Positions 13,916 through 25,014 of a stretch of 64,000 nucleotides of DNA are shown here, in pieces. The translations under genes were made by a program, and so were the position numbers. The notes under the pieces were generated by a model, which searched no databases, was not told the origin of the DNA, and saw nothing but the letters and a program-made list of their open reading frames with translations. Location: NCBI RefSeq assembly GCF_000143415.4, contig NW_003314278.1:1028272-1092271 (forward strand). The letters are read 5' to 3'. This DNA is from Selaginella moellendorffii. Taxonomy: Eukaryota > Plantae > Lycopodiophyta. How positions within the stretch are numbered: the stretch's first letter is position 1; every line of letters begins with the position of its first letter.

Positions 13916-14774
13916 CTAATCTCCCACTTGATAAGATACATCCCAGCGATGCTAATCCTTATCACGTCGATACCTATCCTGAGCTTTGCCCATCACCTCA
14001 GTAGCTCTAGACCAACCTTGGCGTAGCTGCTCCGTATAAGTCTTAATGGCTGGGACCAACACTTCGGTCAATGGTTTCTGTACAACGATCTGTTGAGGAA
14101 CCCCACGAGCATTCCTTTGCAGCATCTTCCATGGAGAACAGCCTATAGTGCTGTGAAATGTGTTGTTATAACAGATTTTTGTTGTGTCTAAATGCTCAAC
14201 CCAGTCGCATTGGTCCGCCGCGACATAGTACCATAGATAATTCTCAACATGAGCATTCACACGTTCGGTCTACCCATTAGTTTGAGGATGTTAAGCCATA
14301 CTAAACTCAAAACAGTAGGAACAGTGTGCCCCAAAACTTTCCGGTAAACCTTGAATCTCTATCCGAGATCATCTCTTCGGGAAGACCACAAACCCACACT
14401 ACTTCATGGAAAAAGAGCTTTGCTGCTTGCTTCACATTCACTGTTTCCATAGTTGGAATGAAGTGTGCAATCTTCGACAACCAATTCACAACCACCATCA
14501 AAGTATCATAACCCTTAGACTTCGGCAAACAAGTGACGAAATCAAGTGTCACACTCTGAAATGGCCATGCCAGTGCTGGAATGCACTGCAACTTTCCAGC
14601 CTACTTCTCAATTTTGCGCTTACATTGCTAGCATATAGGGCAGGAACGGACATAGTCCATTACATCACCTTCCATACAAGACCAGAAAAATCCCTTTTTC
14701 AATGAAGCCAGAGTCTTTTGCTTTCCACCATGTCCTGCTGCCGGAACATCATGATGTTCCTGCAGAAACAACTG

Positions 14775-16002
14775 CTACAAATCCTTAGAGACAAGATACA
14801 ATCTTTCTTGCTTATAGAATATAAGCCCATCCCAAACTGAGAAGTGAAGCTTCTCATTAGTGTGACTAGCAACTTTTGCTGCTTCACTACCAGGGCTCTG
14901 CTTCAACAACCCCGCACGGCATATGATTGCCTTTGCCAATGGATCACTTCCATATGAAGCCCGAACGTCTTCTAACCAGTCCAAACTAATTGCCGATATC
15001 ACCCGGAACTGAGCCTTATGACTTAATGCATCCGGAACAATATTGTCTTTACCAGGTTTATATATGATTTCAATATCATATTTAGCAAGCTTCTCTTGCC
15101 AACGAGCCTGCTTCGGCGTAAGCTTAGGCTGCATAGCAAAGTAGCTCAATGTGTTACTATCTATATAAAACTTGGTATGTCCAACCAGGTAGTGTGTCCA
15201 GTGTTCCAGGACTGACACTATAGCAAACATCTCTTTCTCATGCTTTGGCCATCTTTGTTGAGTTTCATCCAATTTCTTGGAATAGAATGCAATGGGACAA
15301 CCATGTTGCCTTAGCATAACACCAACTGCTTTGTCACAATTTTGCTGCAACACGGCACTAATAGCATAGCCAAACGTATCACAATGCATTTTGAAGGGTT
15401 TATCAAGATCTGGGATCCTAAGAACAGGAACCGTAGTCAAGATCTCCTTCAACTGTACAAAGGCACGCTGACAAGCTGGTGTCCAGTGAAATGGAATATT
15501 ACTCTTTGTCAACTCAGTCAACGGAAGAGCAATTCTTGCAAAATTGCGAACAAACTTGCGATAGTATCCCGCCAAACCAAGAAAGAAATGAACATATGAT
15601 ACAGTGGTCGGGACTTCCCAGGACTTCACCACTTCCACCTTCTTTGGATTGACCTCAATCACGCTATCACCAACTATATATCTGAGAAAGTTTACGCGCA
15701 ATTGTCCAAAAGTACATTTACTTTCTTTAGCATATAGTTTGTGTTCATGCAACTTTTGAAACACCAGCTCCAAGTGTTTCAAATGATCCTCCAACTTTTC
15801 ACTAAAGACTAGAACATCATCGATATACAGGACAACAAATGCATCCAAATAATCTCCGAATATTCTATCCATCATAGTGTTGAACGTTGTTGGAGCATTG
15901 CATAACCCGAATGGCATGACAAGGAACTCATAAGATCCATACCGAGTCTTAAAAGCTGTCTTCTACACATCCTGATCTGCCACCCTTATCTGATGATACT
16001 TG
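14775..16002 (-). pseudogene. RT-RNase H of the chromovirus (3' part)
   Basis: [35 protein letters not shown]...LYIDDVLVFS...HEKEMFAIV. Confidence 0.92.
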
Positions 16003-16008
16003 AACCAA

Positions 16009-16030
16009 GCTCTATTTCGTTAAAGTGGGA
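16009..16030 (+). repeat. left terminal inverted repeat
   Basis: gctctatttcgttaaagtggga is the exact reverse complement of 28767-28788. Confidence 0.95.
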
Positions 16031-16424
16031 ATTGTCATTATCCCATTTGTAAAATAAGGTTTCCAAACCTTTATATAGTATATAAATATAACAAAATTCA
16101 ACTGCATTGAGGCACATGCCATTTTATTTTAAACAAGGAAATGTCTACTCAATCACTTCTCACTGCTTCACCTCTCTCTTCTCCTTGTCATCGTCGTTCA
16201 ATTTCTTTCCATCCTTTTAATATTGGCTCAATTGCTCCGAGTCTAGGTGGAGCCCAAGTCCCCATTCAATCTTTACTTTCCCCTTATTAATAAAACAACT
16301 TCGTAGACTTCCAATAACATGCTGTAAATGCAAATCCTCTCAAAGAATTGTCTTTTAATATTAATACAATGGCATGGAACCCCATGCCATAATAAGTTAC
16401 ATTTTTAAATAAATACATGCCATC

Positions 16425-19400
16425 TCAGACTGTTATTTTTTGCCTCCAACGCCTATACAATAATCTTGGAATTTCATCACTCTCCACACTATCAGGATTT
16501 AAACCCAATAGTAATGCCATCTCTTCTCTAATACGTCCACGCTCATGTTCAATGGTCGAAGAACCCATCCGGTTGAGCAGATTATGGAGATGCGGATAGT
16601 GCTTGGCTAGACAATATACATGCCATAAATGATGACTGGTGTCTGTCCGATCAAATGGCTTCTGATATACCGTTCCATCTGCCATTTGGTTGATTTCTGC
16701 AGCCACCTCCTGGACTGGCCGGTTCTCTATCACCATCGCTTCAAGCCGTTTTGCAAGGTCCCCCAGAACATACGGTTTCTTCTCCCTAGTTTCCATACTG
16801 CAAGAGATGGGGTGCACTGCATATGTGTGCGTGTTCACTGCAGTTTTAATTGGTGAGTCATCGATAATGAGGATTTCACTTGACCTAGCAGTCCGGTTCA
16901 TCACTACAGCCTCTGCCTTAACGAAGATGGGCTTGCTACCCCTCACATGGACCATAGTCAAGCAATCCTCCTACGTTAGGAGAAAGTCAAATGGTAATAT
17001 TACTCGCGTCTGATCGTGCATCATCTGTAGCAACGTTAATGCATTGTGGCGCATCATGGATGTCCAAACTCCCAATTGCAAATTGAACCCGGCCCTCTGT
17101 TTTAAGTGTCGCATGGTCATTATTAGATCCCGCAGTTTCTCCCGTGTGATTAATGTGAATCTGTCTCTTTTGACCAACTTGCGACCGCAGGCTTTGGAGG
17201 GTGCAGTGACATTCGAGGACGAGCCACGCTCATGGGAGAAAAGGACACCGTTCAGATAAAAAACGATACAGTACTTTCGCCGTGACTCTGAAATGAAATG
17301 CGTCAGCATAAAAAATGGTACAAGTCAATTTTACCATCTACAATATTAGCGAATGGTGCTCCCAATGGTCGTTCAGAGGGTTTTGGTCGAGGAAACGTGA
17401 AGGGCGGAAATACTCTCCTCTGCAATGTGGGGTCAATTGCATCCGATGGCGTGTGGGCACATGCCATTTCAGCTGTAGACTCTGGTACAACTGGCTCAAC
17501 AGTGGCATGGGGTGGTTCCGATGGCGTGTGATCACACGCCATTTCAGCTGGTGCCTCCGTTGGCAAAGTGGACATGACCGAACAGGCAGCAGGGGCGGTG
17601 TAGGGAGGTTCCAACGGCGCGTAGTCAGACGATTGGGCACACGTTGGAAATGAGGATACGACCGGCTCGGCGGCTGGGGCGGCCTCATGCGGGTCCAATG
17701 GCGCCTGGTCACCGTCAGTTGGATACGTGGACAAGATTGACTCAGTGGTATGGGCAGCATCAAGTGGAGCGTGGTCAGCTTGCTTGGCGTTGATATGGAT
17801 AGTAGCCTCCACCAGCTTTGATGACTCTTGCAGGCAAGTAGAGTCCACTGGCGGATCCATATGCATGTCCAAATATCTCCCTTCGATTGAGATGGTATCC
17901 TCCCGTGCTACTAAAAACAAACTCATTAGCACATTGAATCGACTATACTGTATTTACCATCAACTGCTATTGAGGAACTAGGACCGATATCACTTGGGCG
18001 CACTGCTGATTCTGAAGGATTGGACATACGTTTCGACCCTTGCTTGGCACTATCCTTCCTCGACACTAAAGGCTAGAGTTTGTATCTTAATTCAACTGAA
18101 TAATCTCTACTTACCATTTCTTCTGCGACCTACATGGACAATGTTAGAAATGGTAAAAGGTTAGGAATGGATGTACTATTATTTACCTGATGGTTTGTCT
18201 TGTATGACCTTCCTCCGCTGCTCTTTGGCCACCTCAGGCTGGCCATCGTCGTCATCATCGTCATCGTCGTTATTGTGATCGTCACCATTGTGAGGACCAT
18301 CCAAGTCCTCTTCGTCCTCCTCTTCTTTATCCTCCTCTTCTTCGTCCTCCTCTTCTTTGTCCTCCTCTTCGTCCTTCTGCTCTTCCTGCTCATTATCTTT
18401 CTCTGGCTCCTCATCCCCCTCTTGCATTTCTTCCATAGGCTGCTCAGGCTGGATTGCTTGTTTTTCCAGGACCATCTTGGAAAAATCATCTGGCCGAGTC
18501 TCCATCTCAAAATACAAGACATCCATAGCCTGTTTTAGTGCGTGACCTAGGACCGTATCCTCACCCGACTGTCTTAACATGGTTTCTGCACGTTCTTGCA
18601 CCCTTCGAAGACGACGAGATGAGAAAAACGTGGCCCTGACTTGAAAAGCATCCCTCATCCATTGTACCTCTCCATTGAGATTGGGGAAGGGGAGTCCGCC
18701 ATAGGAATTTGAGTCAGAAGGTGGTGACTGGCTCCTTTCACTCAGCCCTTGATCTGCAATGAATGGCATGAGCACACACGCCATAACCGCGAGGCATTAC
18801 CTATCATCTTTTCGTTGCCCTTCTTCCTTTTCGAATCAAACGCCTCTGATCCCGACGACTGTCCAACGTGCTTTCGCTTTTTATGACCACTGTCAGTTTG
18901 AGCTTGGCTGGTGCTTGCCTGTTTTGCCTTTGAAGAAGTGTCTCCTGCAAGGAATGGCATGAGACCACACGCCATTGCAAATATAATTTGTACCTCCTTT
19001 TTTCCTATTGCTTGTCTGTTTGTCCTTCTTCGACGCGCCACCAGTGCGCTTTTCAGTCCTCGTGTCTGAATATTCACAACGATCTATAATCAAAATGGCG
19101 TGAGGCCTCACGTGACCTTACCTTGTGCAGGTTGTGACCTCGGCCTAACATCAGTAGCTGTTAACGCCGTTTCAGCATCTGGGGGTGGCCACGCTCCTGC
19201 ATACAGAGCTTGTGAGATAACATTGAAACTTAAAGTGCGTACTCACCAGGTTCGTAGAGAAGATACTGTTTTTCTTTGGCAACTGTAATTATATGCTCCA
19301 TTGAAGTCACCTCTTCAATGGAGTTTGTCACCGCAACACACGGGACACCCTTGAGTAGTGCGGCTCGAAAGAATAGTCCGCCGCAGTTGTACTCGACAAC

Positions 19401-22168
19401 GCATTTGCCCTTGGAGTCACCCGCTATTGCGTTGAAGACCCAGCTGAGCATTTCCCATGCTGCACCTGGAGCTTTCTTTGGATTCGAAAGCTCCATAGCC
19501 GTCTTCAGTTCCTCAGGCACGGGTAAATTGACCTCCCTCAGATCAATTCGATCGGCTTTGTTGAACGAAGCTGGGAAGTCACTCCAGTCCCACTCTGCTG
19601 CAGGACCAATAACAAGGGCGACTGTGAAGATGCGGACATTCGTCGGTATCTTCTTCTTAGCCATTATCCCATGGATCTCCCGCATCTCCTTGCCTTTCAA
19701 CCGAGCTTTCACCTCGTTCAAGGCCTTCCAGAACTTGTGATAGGATTCGGAGTCGTAGATCATATAGTGGACTGAAGATTCCACCTCCGCAAGTCCCACC
19801 ATTAAGTCAATGATGGAGCTGACTTTGTCTGCACGAGTGATCTCCTCGTTTGTGAAGTCCATCACACAAAAGATGTTCTTGACCTGCTCATCTCCGCGGG
19901 AAACGATGCTCCTCCACCTTTGATCCTCATCCGAATTCACGTATACCCGGTAAGGTTCTCGATAGGCCTCTGCTGCGGGGTCGAGCTGTTTCTGAAGCCG
20001 GCGGTCGACATCCCTCTTAATGAAATTTGGATACTGATCCAACTTCTCAGCTTTACTTTTCGTGGCATCCCGCAGCAGATCGATGTACTTGGGGGCCCCC
20101 TTCACGTACTCGTCGATCTCTTCATTTGACAAGTCCAGCTCTTCCATCATCTCTTGCGTGGTGTCGATGCTCACCCTCGCCACGGCCACTTGCTTGAAGA
20201 TCCAATCCTTCAATAGCGCACGAGCTCTCAGAGTCGTGCACAAGTCCTCGTATGTCACAATATGGCCGGGAGTCATTTTGGTCTTGTTGAAGACTACCTC
20301 ACCACGTAGAAGAGCATTAGCCACTGTCAGAAGGTCGTCGTCGTCTAGAGACCGCGAGAAACGCAAGGCGTTGAGCTTCAAATCATTGGGCTTCCGGCCG
20401 TCCTCCACACCCATTGAGTTTAGCAACTCCCCGTCATGGTACCTCCTTAGCACATCTACCCATTTGTCAAAAACAACTTTTGTCGCAAGTAGAATGTTAT
20501 GGATGCTGAGTGTGTCATTGACCCCCAGTGTTTTCGAGAGAAGACTCGAGAATTCCTGCAATGGAAATGGCGTGAGGCCACATGCTATGCCACATGCAAC
20601 GAGGCTTACCTGCCAGGCGCTAGTTGCTAGTGCACGTCCTTGTCCTGGTTTTTGTAGCTTCTTCAGTTGAACCCAGAGCTTCCGTGTTCGTGCCAATATC
20701 TCGTGCAGACCCGATTTGTAGCACGTTTCTTGCTTGACATTCTGCGCGTGGGAGATGTATATGATAGATCGGAGGGGCGAGTTGCCTTTTATCAGGCGGA
20801 CAACTCTTGTCTTGAAGACTTTCTTCACCTCCTCGCCCACCATAATATCCACAACTATCTGTTGCATCGCCAAGCTAGAATGCTGCCCGGAGACGGCATA
20901 GAACCGGATGTTCTGATCGTCCAACACCTTCCTATTGATCAAGTCTGGAAACCTCGTCTCGCCCTTCATTGTTCGGTAGTAGGGGATCACGTCTGCGATG
21001 TCGGGTGTTACTGGACTTGCCAGCATCTTCTGCTTCAGTTTCTCCACCCACTCATCAGATACTAGCCTGTGGTTGTATTTGCTTTGGATCTCGATACGGC
21101 TCACGTCGATTGTATATACTTTGTTGGAATAGTAACAAGTACTATTATCTGCGACAATTTTTGCTGCCTCTTCTTGCTCTTTCTGCTCTTTGCGGCTCTT
21201 CTTTTTGGTGGGTGTAGTGTTCGAACCTGAGGCAATGGCATCACCGAGTAGCTTCTTTTTTGGAGCAGCAGAGTCGGACGTCGGCTTGAGCTTGACCACC
21301 CTTTTCTGCTTCGGGGTAGTTTCCAGATCGACCCCCTTCCCCTTCGCTTCGCAAACTGGAGGCACTCTCAACGGCTCAATGTTGGAATATAGTTTTTGAA
21401 CATCGCCGTAGGTGAGGTCCGTGGATTCCATGTGATCTTCATAGACCCGCAGCGTCTTTGAAATTGTGGGCCTCCTGGACAACCTCTCCCTAGCTCCCTC
21501 TAGGAATTCCTCATAGCCGCTGCCCCCCTCCGGGAAGCCGCTAGGATGTGCAAGGTGGATCTTGAAGGCGGACGCTGTCTCTACCACAAGTGCCAGTCCA
21601 TATTCTTGCATGGAACTGCATGGAGTGTCTGTCACTTGGATGAGGATCCCCATGCATTCTTTTCTCCCACCATTTGTGTTGTACAGCATCAGATCCTCGC
21701 CTTCCATCCCGAAAGTCCAACTGGTGAGCTCCTCCCCCTTCTCTGCATCCACATTGACAGTGGCTGGAAGAAGAACGCAATTCCTCGCCTGTTCAGAAAT
21801 GCACAACAATTAGAGCTGACAGATGAAAAGCTAGCAGCTGGAAATAACGTGAGGCCACACGCCATTCACCACTGCATCAGATGTCTTGAGGCTGCATCCT
21901 AAGATGGCGTGAGGCTACACGCCATCTGTAACCGGACTGCACTCGAGAGCCCAATCGGTGCATGCCAATGTTGCTACTGAATGGCATGTGGCCTCATGCC
22001 ATTTTCTACTTGGTTTAAAAGACTTACCATTTGAAGCCGAATGGAGGCCGTGACAATCGAGGCCGGACTCGCTGGCGAATGTGCACTGTGTGTGCAGCGG
22101 ATCGTAGCAGCAAGGCTACTCTGCCACTTACAGTTGGAGAGTGGTGCTGAAATCTCCCGGGACGCCAA
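16425..22168 (-). CDS. multi-exon transposon cargo gene: ParB/Srx-like + degenerate amino-MTase-like + acidic/low-complexity linker + FCP1/NIF-like HAD phosphatase (one premature stop; 5' end uncertain)
   Basis: ORFs 19230..21809, 18893.., 18742.., 18179.., 17303.., 16971.. and 16425.. join in frame through GT-AG introns at 20556-20609 (phase 0), then phase-1 introns at 19197-19246, 19066-19121, 18945-18993, 18754-18800, three more between ~17910 and 18190, and 17288-17334. In-frame TAG at 16971-16973. Confidence 0.75.
16700..17287 (-). other. FCP1/NIF-like HAD phosphatase domain (part of the cargo gene)
   Basis: CIVFYLNGVL (DLNGxL-type motif I with D replaced by Y), LGVWTSMMRHNA, FLLT*EDC, EILIIDDSPIK. 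Confidence 0.75.
19270..19960 (-). other. degenerate beta-class N6A/N4C DNA-methyltransferase-like domain (part of the cargo gene)
   Basis: C-terminal KKAP...EMLSWVFNAIAGDSKGKCVVEYNCGGLFFRAALLKGVPCVAV resembles the KP..l...l....gd.VlDpf.GsG...aa...gr..ig tail of beta-class MTases. No intact DPPY/SPPY motif; IFCVMDFTN sits at about that position. Confidence 0.45.
20680..21125 (-). other. ParB/Srx-like N-terminal domain (part of the cargo gene)
   Basis: TIDVSRIEIQSKYNHRLVSDEWVEKLKQKM...FYAVSGQHSSLAM...VRLIKG...ISHAQN matches the ParB layout, with a GxH box (GQHS at 20877-20888) and a downstream conserved Asn. Confidence 0.65.
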
Positions 22169-22249
22169 GTGGGCTGCGTGTGGGTGGTGGAGTGGGCGGC
22201 GGAGTTGGCGGCGAAGTTACAAACTGGGTGTGTCTTGAAGTGGACGCCG

Positions 22250-22412
22250 ATGCACACGAGCGCGATGCGAGCGCGAGTGTGATGCAAGCGCGAGTGGATG
22301 CCGATGCACACGAGAAACCTGTAGAGAAGTGAGCGTGATCGCGAGTGGGAGCGCGATGCGAGCGGGAGCGCGAGTGTGATGCGAGCGCGAGCGCGAGTGT
22401 GCGAGCGCGAGT
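22250..22412. repeat. CpG-rich GCGAGC/GCGAGT short tandem repeat upstream of the cargo gene
   Basis: cgcgatgcgagcgcgagtgtgatgc... reiterated. Confidence 0.8.
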
Positions 22413-23627
22413 ATAAAGCAAAATGCAAAACCTAACCTCACACGCGCGAAATGTCACAACGGTTGGTAATCCCGCCACGTCATCATTCCTCGGACTTGGG
22501 CGCCACCATTAATTTCTGGATTGCCGCGCGCATGCAAGCACGCAAAATCCAAAAGAAATCCGCAACGTCATCATTCCTCGGACTGCATGCACGCGAAATC
22601 CAAAAGAAAGATCATGATTGGGATATCATTTAATACCCTCGCTATATTTATACCATGCATGATTGGATATTCCAAAGCATCTTGTATTTCCAAAAATGGC
22701 AGATGTTCAGCTAAATAAAGAAATTCTATCTGTTTCTATTTTTCTCTCAAATCAATATTATAGCGTGTGGGCTCATGCAATTTTGAACCAAAGAAACCCA
22801 AAAAACGTTGGACCCAAAATATTTTGAAAAAACCCAAAAAACCCTAAACATTTTAAACCCAAAAATCCAGGCGTCCTGTGGCGTTATTCCTTCAATGGCG
22901 TGTGGGCGCATGCCATTTTCAGGGCCAAATGCTGAATGGAGAAAAATTCCCTTTCAGTGCAAATGCTGCAAGAGGCAGATGCCGAGCACAAAGGACTGTA
23001 ACTACCTCACATGACACAGATAAACTTTTCTCTATTTGGCAAAGATAAACTTTATAGCGTGTGGGCTCCTGCAATTTTGAACCCAAAAAATGCACCAAAA
23101 AATTCTCGGCGTCATCTGGCATTATCTCTTGAATGGCATGGGGCCGCATGCCATTTTCAGGGGCACATAGGAGTATATTCCTAGGATATTCTGACACACG
23201 CGAGATTTTTTTGAGTTTTCTGGAGATCCAACCGTTAGATCGCAACTAAATTTTACAGAATGGTATACAATGTCTTTCTTGATGACCCTGCAAAGAAGCA
23301 TCTCGATCGGACACCACATGAGACCACACGAGCCTTACAATGTTTCAGGGGCATTTGCCATAGATCCGACCGTTATTTTGCTCCAAGATTTTACAGTTTG
23401 GTGTGCATTGACCTTTCCATCGAAAATGCAAAGGGACATCACAATCAGATGCGGGATCACAAGAAACTAACTTCACTAACTCTGGTTTCACCAAGATCTA
23501 CGTAAGGAGTTATGAAATGAAAGGACCCTCTCTATTGAAATGTGTTTATGGTCCTAGGGGCATTGTGACATATCAAAGGATTTTGCATCAAGTTCTGTAT
23601 TTGCATGTTTATCAAGCTACTGAATTG

Positions 23628-23654
23628 CTAAACCCTAAACCCTAAACCCTAAAC
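23628..23654. promoter_or_regulatory. telomeric-type (CCCTAAA)3 / telo-box array in the divergent promoter region of the transposon
   Basis: ctaaaccctaaaccctaaaccctaaac. Confidence 0.7.
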
Positions 23655-24544
23655 ATGTGGCAAATGCTGCGTGAAGAAAGATGCCCTTTCTGGGCAAATG
23701 CTGTAAGAGGCAGATGCCGAGCAGATGTATCTCAGGCTAGCGAAGGGGACAAACGAAAGCTAGCTATAAACATGACGGGATGCAAATAGATTACTAGGCT
23801 GGTCCTACGAAAATCAAAAACCATAATTGAAAACATTGAAAATGCAAAAAGAAAGGTTTATAATATTTTTGAATTTTAGGCAACCAAAGGAATGTAAGTA
23901 GGGCATGTGTTTGTAAGTTTAAAAATGCCTCAACCACTTAAATTCCCAAGTAAATAAAGCTGTTTCTATTTTTGGTACAGGTAAACTTTATAGCGTGTGG
24001 GCTCATGCAATTTTGAACCCAAAAATGCACCAAAAAATGCTCGACTAGCATTATTCTTTGAATGGCGTGTGGCCTTATGTCGAGCATTATTCTTTGAATG
24101 GCATGTGGCCTTATATTGCCATAAATGGACGTACACACACAGCATAATTATTCCTTTACACGGCGAATAATCTTGGCGCGAATCGCTGACATGGCATGGC
24201 AAAGTTCGAATCACTGACATGGCACAGCTGGATCGAGGCAAGGACATGATGTGACAAAGTTCAACCTCCGACAGCAAAGTCTAGAAGCTACTCAGTTTGA
24301 AATTTGTCAGAGGAATCATAAGATCTGGTTTGTCAGAGGATTTGATGTGACGTTCAAGCGTGTGTTATTTTTGAATTCTCGAACTCATTCCTAGGTCTAT
24401 CATTTTTGTGTGCCGTGTTCTTGGTTCCGCTGAGCGCAGTGAGCGCTGCTTGTGTAAGCGGCGTTGTGGGCTGTGGTTTATGCGTCTACGAGCGGTTGCG
24501 GCATTGCGAGCGCCATTGCGAGCGGCAGTTTATGCGAGTGGCAG

Positions 24545-24650
24545 TTTGTGCGAGCGGCGCTACGAGCAGTTGCGGTGTTGCGAGCGGCGCTACGAGCAGT
24601 TGCGGTGTTGCGAGCGGCGCTACGAGTAGTTGCGGTGTTGCGAGCGGCAC
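24545..24650 (+). repeat. 30-bp CpG-rich tandem repeat (about 3.5 copies) in the transposase 5' region
   Basis: Unit tgcgagcggcgctacgagcagttgcggtgt. Confidence 0.9.
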
Positions 24651-25014
24651 TGTCTTTGGTGTGGCTACCGCTTCCTCTTGATATTCGGCACTTGTGCTTC
24701 CTGGTATGTTCACCATGGAATGGCTTAGGACCACATTTAGAAATGGCATGAGGCCACATGCCATCTTGGGCCCTTGCAATTTCATGGCTAGCGTATTGTC
24801 ATGTATGTTTTTACTTGCCTGCAGCTGTGTGTATATCAAGATGGCATGAGGCCTCATGCCAATTTTGTGAATGCGAAATTTCACGTGGGTGTCAATAGCA
24901 TGTTTGAATAATGGCATGTGGCCTCATGCTATTGAGGTTGTTTGGTATGTTATGATTTAGGCCATTCTCCAATCATTTTTTGTATGGTCTTAACTTCTTT
25001 TCTGCACTTTCAGA

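Noticed and set aside
19270-19960. Active DNA methyltransferase
   Set aside because: No intact DPPY/NPPY/SPPY or FxGxG motif is visible; at most a degenerate fold.
22024-22478. Arg/Ala/His-rich ORFs here and at 24406-24917 as proteins
   Set aside because: They are translations of CpG-rich tandem repeats open in several frames.
23628-23654. Chromosome end or true telomere
   Set aside because: Only three repeats, internal to a transposon.
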